NCBI GenBank assembly: GCA_902788315.1
Contig: CADAJS010000001.1
Location: forward strand, 171,962-235,961
Source of the DNA: an uncultured Bacteroidales bacterium
GTDB lineage: Bacteria > Bacteroidota > Bacteroidia > Bacteroidales > Bacteroidaceae
DNA length: 64,000 nucleotides
Reading direction: 5' to 3'
The translations under genes and the position numbers were made by a program. The notes below the pieces were generated by a model. It had not been told where the DNA came from, did not search any database, and saw nothing but the letters and a program-made list of their open reading frames with translations. Shown here piece by piece: positions 56,682 through 64,000 of the stretch (within the stretch, counting starts at the first letter, position 1; the number at the start of each line of letters is the position of its first letter).

Positions 56682-57260
56682 ATGCTATTGCTACTGTTAA
56701 AACTCTTCTGGACATTCTTCCTCATCGGTCTGTTTGGCTTTGGTGGGGGCTATGCCATGATTTCCATGATACAGGCCGAGATTGTGAACCACCACCATTG
56801 GATCAGCACCGGCGAGTTCACCGACATCGTGGCCATCAGCCAGAGCACGCCTGGCCCCATCGGCATCAACAGCGCCACCTATGTGGGTTACAGTAGCATG
56901 GTCAATGCGGGCTACAGCCACGCATGGGGCGTCATGGGCAGCCTGACAGCCACCTTCGCCGTGGTGTTGCCCAGCTTCGTCCTTATGCTTCTCATCAGCA
57001 AGTTCCTGCTCCGCTATTACAATCATCCTGCAGTGGAGCACACCTTCTCCGGCCTTCGTCCCGCCGTAGTGGGCCTGCTGGCTGCTGCCGCCCTGCTACT
57101 GATGAATTCCGAGAACTTCGGCAGCCCCGACGAGTCGCCGTGGCAGTTCGCCATCAGCATCCTGCTCTTTGCCTTCGCCTTCATCAGCCAGCAAGTGTAT
57201 AAGATGAACCCCATCCACATCATCCTCCTCTGCGGCCTGGCCGGCCTCATCCTTTTGTAA
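56682..57260 (+). CDS. chrA: chromate transporter family protein (short CHR, second half)
   Basis: FGFGGGYAMISMI and SQSTPGPIGIN are present. The size is 192 aa. Confidence 0.85.
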   Translation: MLLLLLKLFWTFFLIGLFGFGGGYAMISMIQAEIVNHHHWISTGEFTDIVAISQSTPGPIGINSATYVGYSSMVNAGYSHAWGVMGSLTATFAVVLPSFVLMLLISKFLLRYYNHPAVEHTFSGLRPAVVGLLAAAALLLMNSENFGSPDESPWQFAISILLFAFAFISQQVYKMNPIHIILLCGLAGLILL

Positions 57261-57366
57261 GTCTTTCGGCACAGAAAGTTTCACATAAGCCACCCCCGAT
57301 AAAGACTTTTATATCATTCTTATAGACATTTCTGCTCCGCACACTTGCATTGTGATTATTTTTTCA

Positions 57367-57374
57367 TACCTTTG
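57367..57374 (+). promoter_or_regulatory. Bacteroidetes -7 box (TAccTTTG)
   Basis: TACCTTTG lies 63 nt upstream of the ATG at 57437. It excludes the start of the track ORF at 57374. Confidence 0.55.
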
Positions 57375-57436
57375 TGCCGAGGTTAGTTCCTCGCGCGCGT
57401 AAATATAATAAGGTATCACATCTAACCATTTCAGCC

Positions 57437-57919
57437 ATGAAGAGACTTTACATGTTACTCCTATGCGTCCCCCTGCTTGCATTGCCAGCCGGGGCCGAGA
57501 CGCAAGACGTCGTCGTCACCATCAACGGAAAGGTACTCACGCAGCAACTTGTCGAAGCCTATGTATCGAGCCGATACAACTTTGGCGTCGAAACCGAAAC
57601 CGTGAACCTTGTGTTCATCGATGCAGAAGGAAAGAGAACCGTCGAGGAATACCATCCCACGACGGTGCAGCTATGGTTCAATGCCGACCCCAACGGCATC
57701 GAGGGCATTCGTCTGTACAATGCCGGCAATCAGGACGGCAAGCTTAGCTTGGGCGGCATCAAGCCCGGCACTCCCGTCAGGGTGTACGACACAGCGGGCA
57801 GGATGCGCCTGGCCACCACGGCCGGCAAGGAGCATGCCCTCATCGGGCTGGAGTCGCTGCCGCACGGCATCTATATCATCCGTGCAGGCGACACCGCCAT
57901 CAAGTTCACAAAGAAATAA
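57437..57919 (+). CDS. small secreted protein with a T9SS C-terminal sorting domain
   Basis: The signal peptide is MKRLYMLLLCVPLLALPAGA. The C-terminus VRVYDTAGRMRL...LPHGIYIIRAGDTAIKFTKK matches type A Por/T9SS CTDs. Confidence 0.65.
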   Translation: MKRLYMLLLCVPLLALPAGAETQDVVVTINGKVLTQQLVEAYVSSRYNFGVETETVNLVFIDAEGKRTVEEYHPTTVQLWFNADPNGIEGIRLYNAGNQDGKLSLGGIKPGTPVRVYDTAGRMRLATTAGKEHALIGLESLPHGIYIIRAGDTAIKFTKK

Positions 57920-57937
57920 TCAAGGGAGGACCACGCT

Positions 57938-60900
57938 ATGAAGAAGTTATTTGCCCTCGCCGCCCTGTTCCTTGCCGGACAGGCTGTGGCACAGACCCGC
58001 ATTGAGACGACTGCCAAGGACGGCACCGTAAGCACCCATGAGAGCATCTCCCTCACCATCAGCGAGGAGAACCACACCATACAGATTGGCCCCGAAGAGC
58101 CACAGTCCGTAACCGACCTTCGCTCGCTACGCTTCACCCGCGACGGCCTCCCCTGGAACCTTCAGTGGAAACTATGTGACGGAAGCCGGGCCGAACGCTT
58201 CGGCTATGGCAGCATCATGCACATCCGCGACCTGATGACGGCAGACATATACCGCCCCGATAATGGCTACAACTGGTTCGGCACATGGCAGAAGAACCAA
58301 TTTTTAGGTAAGAACTACGTGTATGCACAAGGTGTATGGAGAACCATGCGCACGCTGGCAGTCGAGGCCAACGACTGGATACGCACGCTGAAGGAGAACG
58401 GCCAGGAAAACGATGGATGGCTGGGCGTGGCATACACGTGCCGGGCACTGACCTATCTGGACATGGCTCGCATGTATGAATTCCTACCCAACGACCGCAC
58501 CAACGGCATTTCCGAGTCGGGACAGGACATCACGGGCCTCACCGTCCCCCTCATCGACGAGACCACCGAGTACGACCCCGTCACTCGCTTCTACAATGTT
58601 CCGCGTGCCACGAAAAACGAGGCAGCGGCCTTCATCCAAAATGATCTGGACCGCGCCGAACAGCTCATCACGAAACTCAACGAGCCGTCTCGTCTGGTGC
58701 CTCATATTGATGTGGTCTATGGACTGAAAGCACGCCTCTACCTCTGGACCGGAGACTACGCCAAAGCCCGCGAATATGCACGCCGAGCCATAGAAACCAC
58801 CAGCACGCATATCATGACCCGGGCAGAGATGACGGACAAGACTACAGGTTTCAACACAGCGGAGAACTGGATGTGGGCTGTGCAGCACTTCCCCACGGAT
58901 CCCACAGTAACCAGCGGCATCACGAACTGGACCTCCTGGATGAGCAACGAATACAACGAGGGCTATGCCGCAGCAGGAGCCGAGTTGCTGATAGACAAGA
59001 GCCTGTACGACCGAATGACGGACACGGACGTGCGCAAGCAACTCTTCGTGCCTCCCTATGAATCGTGGCTTGAGTCCCAGGCGATGTACATGCTCATCGA
59101 CATGGACAACATCATGCTGTCTCCATACGCATCGATAAAGTTCCGCCCGAGCCATGCAGCCATCAATGACGTGGAAGGACTGCTTACGGCCTTCCCATTG
59201 ATGCGCGTCGAGGAGATGTATCTCATCGAGGCAGAGGCTGCTGCCCATACCTCGCCCGCCGAGGGAGCGGCACTGCTGACGACCTTCGTCCGCCAGAACC
59301 GCGATGAAGCCTATGACTTCCGTGCCACGACCGAGGAAGAAGCCGTCAGCGAAATCATCCTCCAGAAACGCCTCGAGCTGTGGGGCGAGGGACAGGTATA
59401 TTTCGACATCAAACGTCTCAACATGAGCGTCACTCGCGACTATGACGGCACCAACTGCCCCGAAGGTTTCCGGTTCAACACCGAGAGTCGGCCCGCATGG
59501 ATGAACTTCGTGTTCGTGCGGACCGAGGAGCAGCAGAACCTGGGCCTGGCCGAGCGTAACAACCCTGATCCCTCGTACGCCTACCTTGCAGACTACCAAC
59601 CTGCAATCTCCGACGACGAGGCACGGGCTGCCATCACCAAGGGCATCGTGCTCCACGAACCGCGCTTCAAGGCCGACGTGCCCTACGTGCCCCTGAACGC
59701 CGTAGGCTATTTCCTTTTCCACTACGACGAAGCAGAGCACACAGAGGCCGTCTCCATAGAATACACTCCGCAACTCTCCATGTCGCCCGACTTCCCGCTG
59801 GGCCAGACCGTGCCCGTCAGCTTCCCGCTCAACAGCCAGCAGGTACTGACGTCGGCCAAGTATCTGCTGCGCCAGGCTGGCATGCCCGACAGCGGCAAGG
59901 CCACGGCCTACCTGCGCGTCCGCGGCAAAGTAGAGCAGGCCACCTCCTTCACCACGTGTTCCAACGTAGTGAGCTTCGGCATCGACATCCCCCAGGAACT
60001 CGATGCGTCACAGACGTTCGACTATCTGCCCGAAGCAGCCATCAGCATGGCAGGCCCGATTGACGAGGAAAAATACGTCGGTCTGGACAGCGTGAAGATA
60101 TGTGACGTAAGGTTGAAAGGCGAGGGAGAAATCAGGCATTTCTATGAAAATTACTATAGCAACGGCACGTATAACCCCATCTCGATGATGGTATATTATC
60201 CGGAGGAATTCAGATTCCAAGGCAGCTACAGCATGGACAAGAACGGAGTCGCTGAGAACTACCAGGGAGAGACGATGACTCAGGCCGCAAGCATCTTGCG
60301 CCACATGCAAATGGACTTCCAGCCCAGGGTGGAGGCCACCGCCCGATGCTCCTACATCGTACAGCGCAACGACTTGGCCCAGACACGCCACACAGAGATA
60401 TTCGACGTGACAATCCTGCCCAACCGACAGCTTTACACCGAGATGGAATACTCGTGGAAGGCGGAGATCCAGAGCACGATGCACTCCACGCTGGACGATG
60501 CCCGCTTCAGCGGCCCCGTGAGCTATCAGAAAGCCGAGGGGGCAAGTGTGTATCGCATCCTCTCACCCTACGCCCAGGGACGCAATCTGCTCTTCGACGT
60601 GGACGCCGAGAACCAGGTGAGCGTCGATAGCCAGTATGCCTATACGGCCGAAGACGGACAGCCGGTGCGCGTGAGCGGCAGCGGGCTGTATGAGAAGGGG
60701 ATGTTCGACATGCAACTCACCTTTACGAAAGACGACGGCACCCAGCTGGGCACCTTCCGCGAAACAATCGGAGAGAAGACCGATTGGATCTCCCTGGGCA
60801 AAGCGACCATCACGGATGACTGCTTCACCTCACTCTGGAGCTTGGAAAACGTGTCGTGGCAGGTGAGCATAGAAGAAAGCAGCACCACGCCGGGCCTCTA

Positions 60901-61381
60901 CCGTCTGACGAATCCCTATAACACACTGGACTTCCCCTATAACGAAACGGGCGACAACGACCCGTCGCAGGTATATTACATGTATATCCACGCCGAGGAC
61001 CCCACCGCCGTTTACTTCGAGAACACACCGCTCGGCGTAAACTGGGGCTACGGAATGATTTCCCTGTGGAGCCGGGCCGACTATCATATCAGCAATGGGC
61101 AGTCCGTAGAAGATGTCAAGAATGCAGGATGGTTCGGCACGCTGACCAATGGCACCATCACCTTCCCGGCAGGAGGCATAGTCATCAGCATGTCCGAATA
61201 CAACAACGGAGGCTTTTACCTCGCGAACAGGAACGGACTATTCAGCATCGTGCTGCCTAACGCTCAGAAAAATGCACCCGCCAAGGTCGGCAGCATCTCA
61301 CGGCCGGGAGGCATCGCGCCGCTGGACAAAAAGACAGCCTTAAAGCAGGCCGACTCGATGCAGGAAATGCTGCTGCCCTGA
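57938..61381 (+). CDS. SusD/RagB-like domain protein with a C-terminal extension of about 590 aa
   Basis: SusD hallmarks are VAYTCRALTYLDMARMYEF, LKARLYLWTGDYAKAREYARRAIE, PLMRVEEMYLIEAEA and ILQKRLELWGEGQVYFDIKRL. The signal is SPI-type with no lipobox Cys. The product is 1147 aa. Confidence 0.7.
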   Translation: MKKLFALAALFLAGQAVAQTRIETTAKDGTVSTHESISLTISEENHTIQIGPEEPQSVTDLRSLRFTRDGLPWNLQWKLCDGSRAERFGYGSIMHIRDLMTADIYRPDNGYNWFGTWQKNQFLGKNYVYAQGVWRTMRTLAVEANDWIRTLKENGQENDGWLGVAYTCRALTYLDMARMYEFLPNDRTNGISESGQDITGLTVPLIDETTEYDPVTRFYNVPRATKNEAAAFIQNDLDRAEQLITKLNEPSRLVPHIDVVYGLKARLYLWTGDYAKAREYARRAIETTSTHIMTRAEMTDKTTGFNTAENWMWAVQHFPTDPTVTSGITNWTSWMSNEYNEGYAAAGAELLIDKSLYDRMTDTDVRKQLFVPPYESWLESQAMYMLIDMDNIMLSPYASIKFRPSHAAINDVEGLLTAFPLMRVEEMYLIEAEAAAHTSPAEGAALLTTFVRQNRDEAYDFRATTEEEAVSEIILQKRLELWGEGQVYFDIKRLNMSVTRDYDGTNCPEGFRFNTESRPAWMNFVFVRTEEQQNLGLAERNNPDPSYAYLADYQPAISDDEARAAITKGIVLHEPRFKADVPYVPLNAVGYFLFHYDEAEHTEAVSIEYTPQLSMSPDFPLGQTVPVSFPLNSQQVLTSAKYLLRQAGMPDSGKATAYLRVRGKVEQATSFTTCSNVVSFGIDIPQELDASQTFDYLPEAAISMAGPIDEEKYVGLDSVKICDVRLKGEGEIRHFYENYYSNGTYNPISMMVYYPEEFRFQGSYSMDKNGVAENYQGETMTQAASILRHMQMDFQPRVEATARCSYIVQRNDLAQTRHTEIFDVTILPNRQLYTEMEYSWKAEIQSTMHSTLDDARFSGPVSYQKAEGASVYRILSPYAQGRNLLFDVDAENQVSVDSQYAYTAEDGQPVRVSGSGLYEKGMFDMQLTFTKDDGTQLGTFRETIGEKTDWISLGKATITDDCFTSLWSLENVSWQVSIEESSTTPGLYRLTNPYNTLDFPYNETGDNDPSQVYYMYIHAEDPTAVYFENTPLGVNWGYGMISLWSRADYHISNGQSVEDVKNAGWFGTLTNGTITFPAGGIVISMSEYNNGGFYLANRNGLFSIVLPNAQKNAPAKVGSISRPGGIAPLDKKTALKQADSMQEMLLP

Positions 61382-61400
61382 CCGTCAAAGGGCACGGCCG

Positions 61401-61482
61401 TTTTTATCACACGTGATAAAAACGAACGCGACGTGCCGCACCCGACTTTATCACACGTGATAAAACAGGATGCGGCACGTCG
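61401..61482. promoter_or_regulatory. second pair of the TTTTATCACACGTGATAAAA near-palindrome, one copy inside a 12-bp-stem hairpin
   Basis: Copies lie at 61401-61422 and 61447-61465, offset by 44 bp. The stem CGACGTGCCGCA (61429-61440) / TGCGGCACGTCG (61471-61482) encloses the second copy. Confidence 0.7.
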
Positions 61483-61506
61483 TGTTCTTATGTACAATTC
61501 ATCGTG

Positions 61507-61636
61507 GATTGACATTTAGTCAATCCTCTCCCTTACGGTCGGCCACGTCTGCCCTCCGTCGGCCACGGCACTGGCCTCCCCGACAACGGGCACGGATTGA
61601 CATTTAGTCAATCCTCTCCCTTACGGTCGGCCACGT
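61507..61636. repeat. perfect 43-bp direct repeat separated by 44 bp
   Basis: GGATTGACATTTAGTCAATCCTCTCCCTTACGGTCGGCCACGT occurs at 61507-61549 and 61594-61636. The second copy contains the last 9 sense codons and the stop codon of the reverse-strand gene ending at 61608. Confidence 0.9.
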
Positions 61637-62054
61637 TGTCGCCCTGTGTTTCCTGGAGAGCCTCGTCGAAGTCGGTGATGCCGTTCTCGACGAGGATGTT
61701 GTACCACTGGAGAAGTTTCTTCACATCGGTGGGATACACGCGGTCGCGGTCGTAATTGGGCAGCACCTCGGCCAGATAGCCGGTCAGTTCCTCCTTCGAG
61801 GCTGTCTTGGGATTCAGCGAAGCCTTGCCGCCGTTTTCTTTTGTCTGAATGCTCTTGAGCACCTGGCGCAGGGGCACTTCCTCCTCGTCGGTGTACATGG
61901 CAATGTCGGCCAGGGAAATCACCTTGTCGGCACTGAAAGCAGGCATACGTTTCTTCTGGGCGTCAAGTGTCTCTACAATGAGGCTTCGACTGCCACGGGA
62001 AACCAGGCGATAAAGGCCGGGCTTACCCGAAATTGCTAAAATCGTTTCTAACAT
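61608..62054 (-). CDS. conserved hypothetical protein (DUF5606-like from memory)
   Basis: This is a clean 148-aa ORF beginning MLETILAISGKPGLYRLVSRG. I am not certain of any motifs. Confidence 0.5.
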   Translation of the reverse strand: MLETILAISGKPGLYRLVSRGSRSLIVETLDAQKKRMPAFSADKVISLADIAMYTDEEEVPLRQVLKSIQTKENGGKASLNPKTASKEELTGYLAEVLPNYDRDRVYPTDVKKLLQWYNILVENGITDFDEALQETQGDNVADRKGED

Positions 62055-62136
62055 CTTTTGTGCTTATTTTATAGTATAATTCCTAATTCATTGTGTCATA
62101 TCCAAGGCCAAACAGCCCTGTGCATTCGGCCTGGTC

Positions 62137-63048
62137 TCAGAACACCACTTCCAGCCCATCGTATGCCGCACGGAGCGAGGCTGGCAAATGGGCATCAAGT
62201 TCGGCCTGCGTGCCATGCAGCGTGCGAGCCATATGGGTTAGATAAACGGGTAGGCCCGCCGTCTTGGGCTGATAGCGCTTGGTCTTGGCGAGCACCTGAG
62301 CCGTGCGCTCCACGGTGGCCACGCTGGAATGGGCATAAAGACGGAAGTCCACTTCGTGGTCCATGCCCATGGTGGCTTCCATTATCAGGCCCGTAATGGG
62401 CTCGCCCTTGGCATGAGCGTCGATACCGGCCAGACGCGCGGCAACGGCCATCAAGCCACCCGTGTCGGTGGCATAGAGCAAGCGCGATGTGCCTTTCTCT
62501 ATAAGGTAGATGAGCGTCTGTTCCAGGATATGACCCGTGGCATGATTGGCCGGCAGGGGGTGGAAGGTGAGCCCGCCGACGCTGATCTCCTGTCCGATGC
62601 ACAGAGGGATGATCTTAGGCATAGGTACGCCGAGCTTCTGAGCAGCCTTGGAGAATTCGGACATGGCAATGTCATACCACGTCTGGCTCAGATAGACGGT
62701 ACGGATGCTGCCCAGCGCAAGAGCTGCCGCAGGGCGATAGTGATCGCCGTGGGAGTGAGTGTAGAAGATGGTATCGGGATGGCATCCCTCGGGAAGCATG
62801 TCGGAGGCCGTCTCAGTGAAGTCAATCAGGACGTGCCCGTCGAGCAGGATGCTGGAGAGACGACGCAGTTCGCCGCGGTCGTCGCGTCCGTTCCAGTCGG
62901 CTGCTCCAGTACCGAGGAAGCGCACGTGGATCCCGTCGGAGACGCTCTCCCGGGCTGTTTTCGACGACAGCTGCGGGGTGGCCAGGGCATCCTGACCCAC
63001 AGCCATCATAGCGCTGCCTGCAACTCCGATAAAGGTTCGTCTGTTCAT
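62137..63048 (-). CDS. MBL-fold metallo-hydrolase with a Tat-type signal
   Basis: MNRRTFIGVAGSAMMAVG is a twin-arginine-like signal. The HxHxDH motif appears as YTHSHGDHY. Confidence 0.8.
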   Translation of the reverse strand: MNRRTFIGVAGSAMMAVGQDALATPQLSSKTARESVSDGIHVRFLGTGAADWNGRDDRGELRRLSSILLDGHVLIDFTETASDMLPEGCHPDTIFYTHSHGDHYRPAAALALGSIRTVYLSQTWYDIAMSEFSKAAQKLGVPMPKIIPLCIGQEISVGGLTFHPLPANHATGHILEQTLIYLIEKGTSRLLYATDTGGLMAVAARLAGIDAHAKGEPITGLIMEATMGMDHEVDFRLYAHSSVATVERTAQVLAKTKRYQPKTAGLPVYLTHMARTLHGTQAELDAHLPASLRAAYDGLEVVF

Positions 63049-63644
63049 TTGGATTGAGTTATAAGTTCGGGAATCGACGCCAGCTGAGCGAGCAGAGCGT
63101 GCTCGTCGGCCGCTGCGTCGTTGAATATCACATAATCGGCCTGCTCCCTATGGCGCTCGCTGTCCTGTCGGGCAACACGGGCAGCTATCTGCTGGCGCGA
63201 GGCTCCATCGCGGCGCATGGCGCGACTCAGACGCACATCGAGCGGCGCATCCACGAAGAGCACGCGGTCCACCATCGCGTCGAAACCGCTCTCATAGAGA
63301 ATGGCGCTCTCCACAGCCAGCAGGGGGAGGGACTGTCCCTCGGCCCAACGGTGCAGGTCGCGCTGTACAGCGGGATGAACAATGTGGTTTACCACTGCGG
63401 CATGCTCCTCGTCGGCAAAGAGAAAGCGAGCCAGGACGGGACGCACGAGTTCGCCGCTCTGAGCATCATAGACCTCGGGGCCCACCACCGACGTGAGGGC
63501 CGCACGCAGGGCAGGGTCGTCATTCTCGAGACGCTTGGCTGCCGCATCACAGTCATAGACAGGAACACCGAAGTGCCGGGTGAGCAGACGGGCCACGAAG
63601 CTCTTACCGCTGCCGATGCCGCCAGTGATGCCCAGCAGCGTCAT
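63045..63644 (-). CDS. coaE: dephospho-CoA kinase
   Basis: The P-loop is LGITGGIGSGKS. The size is 199 aa. The gene overlaps both neighbours by 4 bp. Confidence 0.9.
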   Translation of the reverse strand: MTLLGITGGIGSGKSFVARLLTRHFGVPVYDCDAAAKRLENDDPALRAALTSVVGPEVYDAQSGELVRPVLARFLFADEEHAAVVNHIVHPAVQRDLHRWAEGQSLPLLAVESAILYESGFDAMVDRVLFVDAPLDVRLSRAMRRDGASRQQIAARVARQDSERHREQADYVIFNDAAADEHALLAQLASIPELITQSK

Positions 63645-64000
63645 TCGGCATTGCCGCCCTCCCCGTCGGTCTGTTCGATGAGGTAGTCCACCTCCTGGGG
63701 GGTGATGCGCACATTGGAAACACCGGCAGGAAGCGACTTCAGGTGGAGCGCTAACTTATCCGAAGCGTTCTGCATCAGCTCCTCGTAAGTGAAAGCCAGC
63801 ACAAAGTTCTCTGCCGAGATGTCCTTCAGCTGGGCAGAGCCCACACGGAAGGTGATGGAGGCATGAGAAGGGAAGGTGCGCAGACGACGGTCGGGCGGGA
63901 AATTGAGCCCGATGACGGGCACCTTAATGGTCTTTTCGGCATAGAAATCGACATTGAGCGTCACACTGACTTCGTCGGGTTCGTACTTCACGCCACGAAT
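63641..64000 (-). CDS. YbbR-like domain protein, 3' part (gene continues beyond the right edge)
   Basis: The C-terminal YbbR-type repeat reads VPVIGLNFP...TFRVGSAQL...VRITPQEVDYLIE. The reading frame is open to the window end. Confidence 0.6.
   Translation of the reverse strand: MRGVKYEPDEVSVTLNVDFYAEKTIKVPVIGLNFPPDRRLRTFPSHASITFRVGSAQLKDISAENFVLAFTYEELMQNASDKLALHLKSLPAGVSNVRITPQEVDYLIEQTDGEGGNAE

Noticed and set aside
61507-61593. The 87-bp period here and the 87-bp period at 13782 might indicate one repeat family.
   Set aside because: The two units share no sequence similarity. The equal period appears coincidental.

Overview
This 64-kb chromosomal segment reads as a Bacteroidales, Prevotella-like genome. 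Supporting features are TAnnTTTG -7 promoter boxes in front of most operons, a T9SS C-terminal sorting-domain protein, a SusD-like protein, a UpxY antiterminator and an RprXY-like two-component system. Both flanks are housekeeping. On the left: hisS, mtaB-like, rpsF-rpsR-rplI, an EF-G paralog, hemW-like, a DHH phosphoesterase, fmt, an ECF sigma factor, rpe, a ComEC-like protein, a ClC channel and tsaC. On the right: prfC, a LysE exporter, a ROK kinase, purL, a split chrA pair, an MBL hydrolase and coaE. The centre (about 22.2-44.2 kb) is a capsule/O-antigen-type polysaccharide island. It starts with a tyrosine recombinase, a candidate invertible promoter drawn in the OFF orientation, and upxY. 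Next comes an opposite-strand VirE-family two-gene module flanked by inverted 15-mers. Then follow 15 co-directional genes: wecB, wecC, a nonulosonate trio (cytidylyltransferase, NeuB-like synthase, KdsC-type phosphatase), wzx, wzy, a GT4, an acetyltransferase, an unassigned GT-B-like protein, a GT26, a nucleotidyltransferase-fold protein, a WecA-like initiating transferase, a WbuC cupin, and a DEAH helicase with a C-terminal repeat domain. The 29.9-38.5 kb core is visibly AT-rich and begins at a duplicated wecC 3' end. The non-coding DNA is unusually structured: a 20-bp near-palindrome occurs as pairs at two loci 35 kb apart, 7-bp GRATTAK arrays sit directly in front of fmt, purL and chrA, there are two 22-bp tandem arrays and an 87-bp tandem repeat that duplicates a promoter, and a perfect 43-bp duplication covers a gene's 3' end. 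I recognised no rRNA, tRNA, CRISPR array or transposase. All family assignments come from motif recognition by eye, not from searches.
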